Origin: Iphione sp. A-MEVVRFRX5
Taxonomy: Eukaryota
Direction: 5' to 3'
Length of the DNA stretch: 64,000 nt
Assembly: GCA_976226885.1 (NCBI GenBank)
Contig: OZ320318.1
Span: forward strand, 55,924,001-55,988,000
Both the position numbers and the translations under genes were made by a program. Positions 47,401-60,800 of the stretch are shown piece by piece (the first letter of the stretch is position 1; each line of letters opens with the position of its first letter). The notes beneath the pieces are model-generated. The model did not search any database. It saw nothing but the letters and a program-made list of their open reading frames with translations, and had not been told where the DNA came from.

Positions 47401-50400
47401 TATGCCAATGGACTCCGACCAGTATGGGTGAAGATTATTACAGTGGAGTCTCTATTTACGACCACATCATTTTGCTACCATTCTCTATTTCAGAACACCT
47501 GAGATGGGTACCAAAATGCTGATTTCTATACATCTGATATTCTGTTTGGACCAAATTTGCCAATATGACCATTTGAGCTTGGTCCCAAGTGGTGGGCATG
47601 AATAGAGTCTCCATTGTATATCAATTTGTGTAACCATAGAGAGAAAGTATGTTGTGAAACTTGGTGATCAAATGTGTCAGATCTTGTTAGTCCGCTCGCC
47701 TTAAAATCAGCTTCATCCTGAAAATTTCGCTCATACAAAAGAAACAAAGACAGCAAATTGTTATGTTCGCACAGACGACGACGAAAGACGAACGAGACAA
47801 ACACGGTGACGGCGTTACTTTTGCCGTATTTAAAGTTTTAAGGTCTAGAGTACAAACGATTAGGATGTCTAGAAGAGTTGAAGGTGGTCTACGTACACGT
47901 GGCCATCGATGGCTATGTTCAACTCAGGATCTAGATAGGGCAAGCTTTTGGCGTCCAGCTGATACCTGTACAGAGGTTTGCTTATTGCGTCGGCGACGAT
48001 CTTGGCCACAAAGTTGGCAATCAAAACAGGCACCACGACGTCAATGTCCTGAGACATCTCGACCTGCAAGAAACGATGCAAAAATGTGCGAGAAACGCAT
48101 TCAAAAAAGACTGATTTGTTTTCACGAGAGCATTTGAGGCAAAGTAGAAGCACAATCAACGACACACAGGTTCCTTAGACATAGTTTCCATGTGTGTGTG
48201 TGTGTTCATGTGTAGCAAGTCTTAGAGCCGTGAAACACAGTGAAAAGTTCACAATCTGTTCACAGCCTAAATCATTCAAATAGCAATACAGCCAGCATAG
48301 AACCTTGTATCTCCCCAGTATATACCATAGTTACACTAGCTATATAAAACGTTGCCTGAAAGTAGTCCGGTCATGGGGAGAGGTCTCATAGTGGAGTGAT
48401 TTTCCAGAATTACCTTATTTTTTATACTGATTGATCCATGAGGATATTTGAAAGCAAGACAGAGGTGGTTATCACCTTTAGTGTATGTAAAATGCCTATT
48501 ACTAAAAACATGACATATGTGGCCCTACTTTCTACACAGAGTGTTGTATTCCTACCCCCTCTGTTCAGTCAAGAAGAACCGAGAGTAAAAGGCCAGATGA
48601 ATCTGTACTTTGACCCATACCCTCCCTCCATCTCTGACACCCCCATAAAACTACACACACACTCTTACCAATCAGTGCATGCGCCAAAGACGCTTGTTCC
48701 CATTGAAAACATGCCTGAATACAAGGATATGGCTGTGAAAATTGGGAACACCAATCTGACAACACAACATGCAGAAACACTACACAGTACACAGTACATG
48801 TGCACCTGGAGACATTCCTGGTGAAAATCATAGTTCCCAATCCCCACCATGAAAAAACAGTGCCATGGCCATGAAAACCTGTGCACATGGAAATTAGGCC
48901 CAAGTGTGTACGAGAGTATATGAGGCAATATGGGATAAATTGAGCAAGCTCTAAGGAATTTTAGTCGGGTTTGTGCTAAAGATGTGTCAATTCGGGAAAG
49001 TCCAGATTATTTTAGTCTGGTTACACTACCTATATAAAACGTTGCCTGAAAGTAGTACTGCCATGGGTAGGAGGTCTCACACAGATGTGAGTTAAAACAG
49101 AGAGAGTATTTTTTATTATAACTTATAGATCTAGAGAAAACATTGCATATGAACACAAATTCTATATACTTTTCCTTGATTTAAGCTGCTTAAAGTAACA
49201 AAAGAACATTACATTGAACTATTTTCTCAGTAAAGCAAGTATACAGATGTATTCCTACACCCCTGTGTGCTCAGTCAAGCAGAACTGAGGGTTGTAAACT
49301 TCAAAGAATTAACAGACTGCCATGCATGTGGACTTTGGACTCACAACTGCCAAAGGCGCTTGTTTGTTCTAAAGATATGTAAATTTGATAAACTATCCAT
49401 AGTTTTTACGAGACAAATATATGAAGTCATACACGGATACATTCATACAGAGAAAGAAGAGAAAAGGGGAGAGAAGAGCGACTGAAACAAACAGACAAAA
49501 AACACCTTTACACATGGAGGCAGCCCCTGTAAGAGCACACATGAAGCCCTGCTAAAAGAACACACTTTCTTGATAAAACGGCCCTTGTGCCTCCTTTAAG
49601 GCAGGCAGTCTCAAGCATCAAAGGCACGCTGACTTATTTTATTACATAGCTGAAAACATCCTGGCTTATTTTATTACATAGCTGAAAACACCTTAGGTCT
49701 ATGAAAAAGTAGTTGTATTTATAAGCATTCAGTATCGATTACACTGGTAAAGATTTTCACGATTTCGATGTAAATGTACAAAGGAGTGAGAAATTGACTC
49801 CTCTACAAACATGTATCATTGACCCGTGTCGGCTGAATGTACATTGCTGAGCCGTAGAAGATACAGGACAGACTAGTTTGGTGGAACCCATTTTACAAAG
49901 TTTCGAGAAGCGTCGAAGAGAGCTTAACAGGTACTCCCTACGAGGGATGACCTTGCTTCTTTGGTGTGAAATCGGTGTAATGAATTGGCTCTGGCCAGTT
50001 TATTTCGCCACCCACTTCAAAGACAGGAATTGGTTCATGTGAATACTACTTAAATCTGCTTAGCGGGAGTCGTGGCATGCTACCTGATTCATACTTTAGT
50101 ACACCTTCGTTCGCTTGATGTACGCCAAGAGTTAACAGAGTGTGGGCTATCCATTACCACCATTTATCAAGCCATTCAAGGAGACTTTGATCGAAGATGC
50201 CGCCTGTGAAGGTTCTTTTTCAACAGTTCAAGGATCGTTCATATAGATGTTTTTAAAAGAATATTCTGAAACTAGATGAGTTGCTTTTTCGCCACTAAAG
50301 TGTATACATCCATATATGATATGTTTACATTTATCTACGTCATTTCTTATAATAAAATTTGTCACGTGATATTTATGAAAGTATCTAAGACCGACTAACA

Positions 50401-51765
50401 CTGTAAAACGTTAATCAAAATATTTAGTTGTGGTTGTAGTCTGAAGATTCTTGTATTAACTCTTTTACCAGCGAAACGACTTCAATATCTGAATGCATTA
50501 AAATGTTTACAAGACGAAGCTGTCTATAGCCTTATGAAACATGAATTAGTTATGGATGGGGGTAACATTTCGTAAATATACTCTCAACAATGTTTATCTC
50601 CATAACAATGGAAACCAAGTAATATACACAAATTTTATTATATAATACAAGCAATAATATATAATGTTACTACGTAATAAATTGTTGCATATTTGAACAA
50701 GAAGTGGACCATTGTGGCATTATAGATGAGATGAGAGCAATTTTCCGACCGCCCATAAGTAAAAGATTTTCACTAACAATGACTTACGATGATGACGGTG
50801 ATGGCGAGCGTCAGTCGAGTGACGCCTCCCAACAGGCTGCCAGCCCCCAGCACTGCCATCACACCGGGGTCCATCCATTCCCAAGACTTTTCGATCGGCA
50901 CTTCAAACCCAGTCACCAACTTGTAAAGGTCGAGAATTCCAACACCTAAAGCACGCCCATATAAAGCACCGGAGATCCTGGTGGGGGTGGGGGAGAAATA
51001 AATGCTTAGAGCTATTTTAGGCGAATAACGACCAAACAAGTGTAGATATTATTCACACACATAAATACATGTATGGACCTATTTCAGTTCTAAATAACTG
51101 CATGCATTTAATATAATAACTGAAATATCATAGTTTACTATTACGTAGGTTTATATACATATATTCTTCACAGGCCATGGCATTTGCCATGGCATTTGTA
51201 TGTCATTTGTATGTTGTTTCCTCACTAGGGGACGTTACATAATTAGCATTATCAATATCGTGCTTTAAAAGAGATCGAACATCTCAGAACAAAGTCAGCA
51301 AATCCCAAAACCCGACTGTCTCACCATGTACTTCTTAGAGTGCATCTAAACTAAAGGAAATGTAAAAGAAAAATGTAAAACAATTAGTGAGACTGTTTTA
51401 AACTTGTCCTGCTACACTCCGATCACCGCTATCGTGGAAATATAACACTTACAAGAGAGAATAGCTTTAATATTTACATATACGATAGTTGATGTACAAT
51501 CTGTTTTGACTTACACTTCAGATATGCTGCTTGGTGGCACAGTTATTCAGATTCGCTGCTTGGGGGCAATGTTACACTATTGGTTTAGGAAATTATCACA
51601 ATTTTATAAATAAGAAATTAGCTGAAGTGTCTTAAACAAATGAAAATATTAAACAGCAGCTTTATGTAGGCCTATGCCAGCATGCAACTTTGTAGGTCTG
51701 TAAGTTCGTAAAGGGAGGGAGGGAGACCTGTATGCGAGTACCCCTGTGCTCGCATATATGATATC

Positions 51766-51804
<39 letters not shown>

Positions 51805-54800
51805 CGTGCGGGGGGTGCGTGTGTGTGAGGAGCGGCACGTAGATCTCCGGGTGACTGCTCATACACTAATTTGTTTGTAGGGAAATAGGTGTGCGTCCAG
51901 TTTGTATGTTTTGCGTGTCATGCATTGTAAATTCTATGTCTGTATGCTGACGAGATTATCAAGTACTTTCGGATACCGGAGATATTGACTGCACGTAACC
52001 TGACCCACGTATACGTAGTAATGGCCCCCGAGTATGCTTTATTGATGCCTGCCTGGTGCTTACAGGAGAGGGACAAAAGTGCCACCGGTGACAGCGATGC
52101 CTGCCGTCCAGCAGGTCATGAACAGCCAACAGCCGAGAACAGAGCCGAGGGACGCATAGCCATAGAGCCTGTGCACTCCGCGCCGGGTGAGCCGGCCAAG
52201 GAAGGCGGTGCCCGAATTCATCATTAACGTGGCCACTGTAAACAGAGAGGGGACTGACGGCTAGCTACCGAGGACAAGCTATGGAGGAGAGAGGGTGAGT
52301 TGAACTTTGGAACAAGTGCCTTTAAAGGGGGACGTGCTGAAGTTGGCATGTTTCAAACATATCGAGATTCTAGAGGCTGCACTGAATACAACTTGCACTT
52401 TTTTGGTGGGGTGTGAGGGGATATACCTGAGCACGCAGAGGAAATCAATTTCCACTACCCTCCACGTCCGCACTACCCTCATTTTACAACAAATAGGGTT
52501 TGAGTGTATAAATGCTGAGGTATATGAACACAAAACATACACATTCCTGGTCTAGTACGGAAACGCAAGAAACCCATTCCTATGGTGGTTGTAGTTTACA
52601 GAGAAATTATTGTCAATGTTGAAAACCTTTGTTTAAGGTTGCAAGAAAGCCAACCACCGTCTTACACAATCTTACAAAATAAGGGAAGTGAGAAAGGACA
52701 ACATGTTGGGATGTCATTATCAGCCTCAGTCTCCTGTTGCTAGGAATGATGTTCCCTTAGATTATGAAAGAGGTATATTTTAAGAGTGCTTTGCTTTTCT
52801 GTCATTACAAGGTCCAGACAAGGTTTACATGATGTGCAGAAAGAAGCCTCCACACACAGACAAAGATTCGCTCCACGCTGTCAGTGGAAACAGGAGAGGG
52901 ATTGTGACAAGCAGACTGGTATAGCTGTACACTCTGTATTTTCTGTAGCTGATTAAGTGGCGGAAGGTAGACTCGCTCGATTTGAAAAACAAGGTGGCCA
53001 CTGGAAACGTAAAAGGATAGCAGAAACGCTCAGTCTTTTATACTCTCTATTATTGAAACGGATGCGAATGGATACAGCTCTTTTCAAATGTTTATGCGTG
53101 CTGAAATATTAATAGCAGGCCCATACCGAAGGTTGGTCGAAGCAGAACTATGCTCTTCATAAAATATGCAATTGGAAAGTAACCCATAGTTTGTATTCAT
53201 TTATAAATACAGTATTTGTATCATCGGAGTAAGAGCGTACGATGATGCTCCAGATTTATTCAGTTTCATCGAAAATGTCTTTGTGCTGGGGGTTTGACAG
53301 AATCCCCTGATCCTCTAGGGATGGACCTGGCAGAAGCAATTGGCAAAAACGTCACGAAAATATTCTATTGTATTTCCGAACTATTGTTATTTTTACCTAA
53401 TCTGTACGTGTGGTCGTATGAAGTCTTATTTACGGAAGACCTCAGGCTAATGGCTTCATTGTTTCACCTACCTTCGCTGTACTGAGTGACGGTTCCATTC
53501 TGTTGGCAAGTGTAAATCTCTGGCTCAAAGGTGTCATTTCTAGGAGGAAAACAAGAACATCTGATGAAATGCTACATAAATAGGATAAGAATATATGCAT
53601 ATATGCATATTGTCCTTGGTAGAATGGACTTTTTATTAGCTTCCTTTTCTCACTTTCCTTGCCATTTTTACCTGACCGAATACATACAGTATTATTATAA
53701 GCCATTAATAGGACCAGGTGCACATGAATGAATAATCCAGATCCTGGAGTAAACAAACAACTTTACTATACACATTTTCTGATTGAAAATTTGATATATG
53801 ATCACACTCTCGATATTTTAGTCCACGTCCATCATTATCCAGTCATTTTGTTTAAAAAGTACTGCTATCGAGAAAAACGTCAAATTTCGATCTATACCGT
53901 CGTGATTGGAACTAGATCGTCGCACAAGATCGCCACAGGCGGTCATATAGAACTGTATACCACTTGTGAGCATTACATGAGAGACGTAAAAGGGTCCACT
54001 GTAAATATTATGGATAATATGAATGGGTGGTAGTGTGGGTGTCGAGCAGGAATATTAGTTATTAGAAAATATTAGTAAATCATGGGAAATGAAAAGGTAT
54101 TTAATATTCAGTGAGTATAACTACAAGATAGTATTATTCCAAACGTAGGCTAACGGGTTAATTAAAGAGAGTGATGGCGTGTCTTTGGCAGTTTCGGTGG
54201 TCTTACCGTAAGTCGGAGTCGCAAGCCTTTCCTTTACTGAAAACCACAAGTCACGTTCTAACAGCAACCGCCGCCAAAGTGGCCATAGATGTGTTACGAT
54301 TTACAGTTAAATTCCGTTGCTCCAATAATAGATCACGGGTCAAAACAGGAAATGTGCCTTTGCCTTACTCTATGTCCTTATGCCTCGTCATTTGTACGCA
54401 ACACTTTATCTCTAGTCTATTCCCAACTACACTTTCCTCGAAAAAAAACGCATCAAATAGTGCGCTACAGGCATCATGCCCTGTCATTGCAACAGGGAGT
54501 GTCACCTTTGAATTCACCCATACCCCACTATGCCTTCCTCCCCTCTTTTGTTGTCTGATGCACATTCATTTACTTATGGCAGTAACCATGCCATATCTTC
54601 TGTCCTACCCCACCATGTATTGCTCAACTTCCAGCGGTTTGCTCCCCTCCCTCTTTAGTTATCTAATGACCAATTTGGACCTGGTAGCTCGGAGAAAAAC
54701 TACAGTGACTGACATGATGATGATGAAGATACCAATGACCTGCCAGATGTAGTCGGTATCCCAGCGAAAGACTTTAACGTGGGAGATCTTAACCTCTGGG

Positions 54801-57800
54801 TGGCGACCAAAACAGGGTCACCATGCCATTTCGTGTGGGTCACTAAGGGTCTCTCTACATTTTTTCATAATTGTTTAGGGGGTCACAAACCTCACTACAG
54901 CTCATGGTCGCATCACCAATGAATGTCTCATGCTTAAGTATTTCTTTTAATAATCATTCTTCATTTTCAAGTGGTGCCATATTCTGGATAAATCTCAACT
55001 GACATGATTTGAATCATTATATCAGTTATTGGTGGCTCAGCTGGTACAAAGGCTATACTTTGAGTCGCAGCAGAGAACCTCTGCACTAACCAAAGATAAC
55101 TTGGTCATCTGGATAAGGTAGAAAAAGACTAGTAGTCTTTGGAAATGTTGCACCAAAAATAATATCATTGAATTTGCAATGGCACTTCAGGCAAACCCAG
55201 TGTCACCAACCACATCTGTCGCACCAACAGTTTTGCCGAACCTCAAAGAATTGTATCCACTACAGTGTATTCCATTCTCCACTTCAGGTTACAAGCCTGT
55301 ATATGCGGCTTCATCTGTTATTACTTGCCTGTTCGACATACCCATATCTGCCCCCCCCCCACCTCCTTGCCTTTTCAGGTAAGAAGAATAATCTAGAGGG
55401 GGGCAAAGCGTACAATTACATAGTGATAGAAATCTCTGGACATCACAGGGAACCTTTTTAAAGCCTGGCCTTAGGCCCAGTTTCCATTAACACAGAAACA
55501 TGCATGAGCACAATTGTGTGTTTGTGTACATGAGCAAGCAGTACTTTTTCCATGCAGCCTCATGCACAGGGGTGTTCTTTGAGGTTACATGAGGTTGAAC
55601 GAAAAAAAATGGAGAAAAATGATGGGGAAATGACGAAAAAGGATAGAAATGATGCTAAAAGCCACGAAAATGGCAAAACTGATGCAAAAAATATGAAAAG
55701 GGACAGAAATGATGCAAAAAGCTCTGAAAAATGGCAATATTCACCAGAAAAAGTCCAGAAAGGGAGGACCTTGTGCGGAATGTGCCGTGATGTGTGGTAA
55801 TATGTAAAAAGTGAGTAAAAGTGAAGAAATGTAAAGAAATATGAAGAAATTGCAATGCATGGCTGTGTGTATAGCATGCATGCAAGAAAAATGACCGAGC
55901 ATGTCCCAAAAATGGACCACACATACTGTGCACAGTGACGCATACACGTCTATGCACCAATGAAAACCACTATATCAAAGACAGTGTGATCAATAAATAT
56001 GCACATCAACAGACAGTCATGCACACGCATGTTTCTGTGTTAATGGAAATTGGGCCCTATCATGTAGATTTGATGACCCCCGCCTATGTATTCTGTAGAT
56101 GAATTCAGCTTCCTCAAGGCAAACAATCAGGCTGAATTTTCTTAAGAACATGTTTTCATAGGAAAGTTGGTGTGTTTGTGGGAGGGGGGGGCTATGTGTA
56201 TACCCTAGAGGTTTTCTTTAGGCGTGTGTAGTATGTTTTTATGGGTGTACATATGTTTTTGGATTTGGAATGTTCCAAATTTTCAGGGTGCCATGGCTGC
56301 GTTTCTATGAGCAGTATACAAAGAGTGACAATGAAATAACCAAGTTAGCTATGCTTCATGCAAAAAACAACACAATTGCTTACATGTCCTCTCTTCTCTC
56401 CATCAGGCTTGCCATACAGGCCCGTAGCCAAGGGGGTATCGGGGGTATCGGACGATACCCCCCAAAGTGATTGATTACTATAGATCCTTATATGAATTTT
56501 AAGAAATTAGTTCCACCCCTGTGGTATCGGGGGTATCGTCCGATACCCCCCACAAAAAGCCCTGGCTATGGGCCTGCCATATATGGGCCAAATTTAGATT
56601 ACTTGAATTTCGTCGTTTTTTTCTTTAGAAAATTACATGAATTTTGCTATTTGAGGGCTGAATTTACATGAGTTTGCATGAATCTTGCTCTTTCTCAGCC
56701 GAATTTGGATGGATTTTGCACCAGACTTTCTGAAAACAAACCCAGGAATACATGACAGAAATGATACACTCCTGTCGTGCAAACATGCCAACGTGGCCTT
56801 GAAAATATTGCTGTAAAAATACAAGTGAAAATACGCATCGAAGGAAATTCAGCCTTACTGCATGAAAAACAGCAAATATTTGGGGGGAAAACTAGCATCA
56901 TGCTGTCGGCCTTGCGGCTGAACAGGGATATAGAGAAACAAGCCAGGGGGCTGTTCATAAAAGTAACATATTTGATGTTGCTCTGCAGGTGGAGCATGAC
57001 CTCCGGGCAACTGCCATTGGCGAGGTCGACGTGGGGCTTAGAATCACCCGCCAGACCACATAGAGAAAATTGAGCTTTACGGGCAGACGTTCACTGAGAC
57101 TCTGACCAGTCCTCTTGCTAATGCTAACCTCCTCCCCTAACACACACACAGACACATACACAAACATACACACACACCTCATCAACGGAAGAAGACAAGA
57201 AGGCGAAGTAAGCTAGCCAAGTCCTCTGTGGCAAAATTTGTGGCTTGTACCGACGACGGTGAACGTCATTATAGGTGTGTTCACGTTGAAACTACAGGTT
57301 ACCATTATTTCTCATTAGCTCCCCTGGAATTTCCTCGTAATGAAACATCACACAACATTTATAGCGTGTTATTCCAGATTTGGAGGAATTTTTTTCTCAG
57401 GGAGAGAATTTTTTCGTGACAAAGGTTTTGATGGGTGGTGACACAAGGAACATAACCATGGCGCAAAGGGAGCGAGACTTCATCATTCATCTTGTTGCAT
57501 TAAACAATAAATGTGACGCTAGTCCTACTCTTTCAAACATCTAGTGATGACAGCTTTTGGTCATATCCTTAATGGTAATCATCCTGAACGTTATCAGATC
57601 GACGTATAATTTGGCTTGACTCATTTTGGATATTGTAATGGCTGTTGAATAACTAACTGATAAAATTATGTTGACTAATTTGAACCCACGCCCAGATTGC
57701 GCAATATTTTCATGCCACCATGCTATCAGGCTGTTACTCTCTGTAAGAGAAGACCTTAATGTACGTCTCTCGTCTCAGGCTCTTTAAGCCTTCTATTTCG

Positions 57801-60800
57801 ACTTCTGTCTTTTTTATGCCTCCTCTGCGAATCCAATTCATAAATGTCGATTGATCGCGTGAAAAGGATGCTTGAATGCTGCAAATGGTCTGTTCTGGCA
57901 AAACACCTAAACTAGTGTGTAATAAATCTGGTCAAAGAAGAAGTATTTCAAAACGTCTAGTGGAAAGAGACATACGAGCTGACTGTTGCGTTGGCTCAAC
58001 AAACAGATCCAACACGCCTAAAGCCTAGTTTACATACCCAAGACACGTTTTAATCACGGATGCCCCTTCGGTTTCAATAGTGAGGGGTGTGCACGAAAAG
58101 GCCATGGGTAGATAGACAATGATAGCTGCCATGAGGAGCTGAAAGGGAACAGATTAATCAGTATTGGGTTTCCCCGTCTCAACCAAAAATCGAAATTACT
58201 GGCAAATGAATGTCATTTGGTAAATTCAAAGTCTAGGAAATAATAATACGTAAATAAATATCATATTAGGTCCATTTAAATGGGCTCTCCGTAATTTAAT
58301 TTAGATCGCTCCTAGGCATTTCCTTTACAATTTGTCCACATGCCCTTGTCACCTCTTATCGCTAATTACCTAACGAACAACCCTCTGTACTTTCTAAAAA
58401 CATGCAACTCAATGTAGTGATGAAAACGATTAGAAGGAGAGGCCTACCACAATAATGATGCACTCCAACATTCTAGCTAGTGCATGAAGTGTTTTGTTTT
58501 TTATCCTCTTCAAGATGGATAGGCGTATCCTCACAATTAAAGCGTTCAGACGAGTAAAGAAAGCACCCAAAAAGCCACCAACGATGCCAAGTGCGATGGC
58601 TGGTAGGAAGATGGCAATGTGCATGTTGAGTGGTTCGGTGACCTGTCAGTGAGCAGTTAGTACGGGGTAAGACCATGAGTAGCAGTTAGTAAGTGATTAA
58701 AACGACCCCTGATAAAGACACTGTACATGCACGAACCGCGGGGAAAATTACATATAATGCACCCCTGAAAACTGTGTGTTGGTGTGTTCCTCATTTAATA
58801 CAAGTTAGCCCCCCCCCCTAAAAATATCTATGTTTCTGGTAACATGTTGAAAAAATGTTGGGTTAGTAGGACGGTGGATTCTGTCGGTGAACCCCTGAAG
58901 AAGGACATTATGTTCGAAATATTGGGTCTTTAAAAACCACTAAAAGCCAAGTCACTGTTTTGTGTTGGTGTGTTCTAATTATTTCAACGTGGATTCTATT
59001 TTTCTACATACAACTGTCACCCTGAAAAAGCTAGGTAGCACTTGTCAAACCAGGTATTGTCACTTCTACTGTTTAAATTTTAACATAATGTATATCATGA
59101 AAGCTAAGGAGCTTAGGAACAAACTGGTATGTGTTTGTAACCTTATTCATCGCTATGTTACATGGGCACTAAAATCAGGGATGGTCTGGTTACTGTAAAG
59201 ACAGATAATTTAGTGGGCCTGATTAAAATGTTTAAAAATGTTTAGATTGGAAGTGCTCGCCGGTAGAATACCAGGTGAAACTACCCATCGGTTCATCTAG
59301 ATAGAAGGCTCTGGATTTAATTTAGTACCGTGTAAGTACAATACGAAGGGGTTAATTAGTACATGAACAATAGAAAGTAATTAGTTGGCGAAATGGTAGC
59401 TCATTCCCACTGAAATGCCTTTCACGTATATTATGTCATCATCCTGTGCGCCTTTAGAATAGCCATAATGACTTCCTTTCAAGCCCTACATGGGCTAAGT
59501 GGGAGCAGAAATCAGGAGCCTCTGGTTTGGAACGATTACATATTTCCATCCATGAAAAGAATGTTCACATTTATCTATTTGTACAAATGCGATTCTGTGT
59601 GTCACGTAATTCCACTTCCCGAAAATAAAATAATTTTCATTACACTATACAGACCATGTCCACGTTAATGGAATTTTAAGAAAAATGGAATACGCAATAC
59701 CATATAGATTTTAAGACACTTAATATAGCCTTGGATAACTAGGATATGTATGTATGTAAATGTCTATATGTATACATCTTGTAAATTTGAATTTTTTTAT
59801 TGTCATTGCGATGCCTGAATACCTCTCTCAACAAATTTTGAATACATGTCCTTTCTCGTGTAGGCAAAAAGGCCTAACCTTGTATGTACTACGTAGATGC
59901 AAATAGAAGCTTGCTCAACAGTCATAGGTTCTTCACTTTCGAATAAGAAACCTCCCCTGACAAATCGATTTTTTGTATATTCTTTGGACCAGATATACCT
60001 TGAAATAAATAAATACTTCAAGCATAGGCGGCTGAAACAGCGGCGTTGTAACAGGAGGGATAGCTGGATGAAAATATGAAAATTGTGAATGGTAAAACTC
60101 ACAGTTAGACTGAATAATCCGAAGGGTGTCTTGCCGTTGTAGCGGAAGCCGTTGAAGGCAGTGTTGAAGAGGTTGGCGGTGGCGGCAGCCACCCCACAGC
60201 AGAAGAAGGTCTGCCAGGACAGTCGACGTGACCAGAATGACGACAGGTCCTCCATGGCGAACAGTAGGCCCCCGATGGGTGCATTGAAGGCTGCTGCTAC
60301 GCCGGCCGCCACCCCGGCCGTGGTGAACGAACGCCTTGAAGAGCATGCCATTGATCAGTTCAATGTTTTACTTAATTTATAGCAGGCTGCTCAACAACCA
60401 ATTTATGTTCAAGACGCCTTTATTCGAATGATGACTGTAGCAAATCAAAGGGACGAATGAAAAATAAATGTACACTGTATCTAAGGTTGAATTTTTAATA
60501 TATGATCTATAAAAAGTTTGTGTAACGCATGAGAAAGGGTATGGTTGCCAAGCCTCTTCCCTCGATCTTCCCTCAATGAATCCGGAAAAATGGTATTTAA
60601 ATAATACACGATTTATTATATGTTCCTTCTGTCTCTTTCATTCCCTACGAAGTGTTTTTTTCTGACCAAATTACAATGTTAATACCACAGGCATTGGACG
60701 AAGAGTTTTACCTGGAATTCATAATGGTGTTTTTAACGGGTTTGTACTTACCGATCCTCTGGGTTGCGAAACCTTGAGAATATCGTAGGACTAAATCCAA

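Noticed and set aside
54682-54740. Hydrophobic candidate CLC exon ([15 protein letters not shown])
   Set aside because: 59 nt would shift the frame, the donor is weak, and the flanking exons already join in phase.
54171-54752. 193-aa plus-strand ORF in a CLC intron
   Set aside because: No recognisable motif, splice context or partner exons; composition looks like chance translation.
55031-55100. tRNA A-box (tggctcagctggta)
   Set aside because: No B-box or cloverleaf follows; at most a decayed SINE head.
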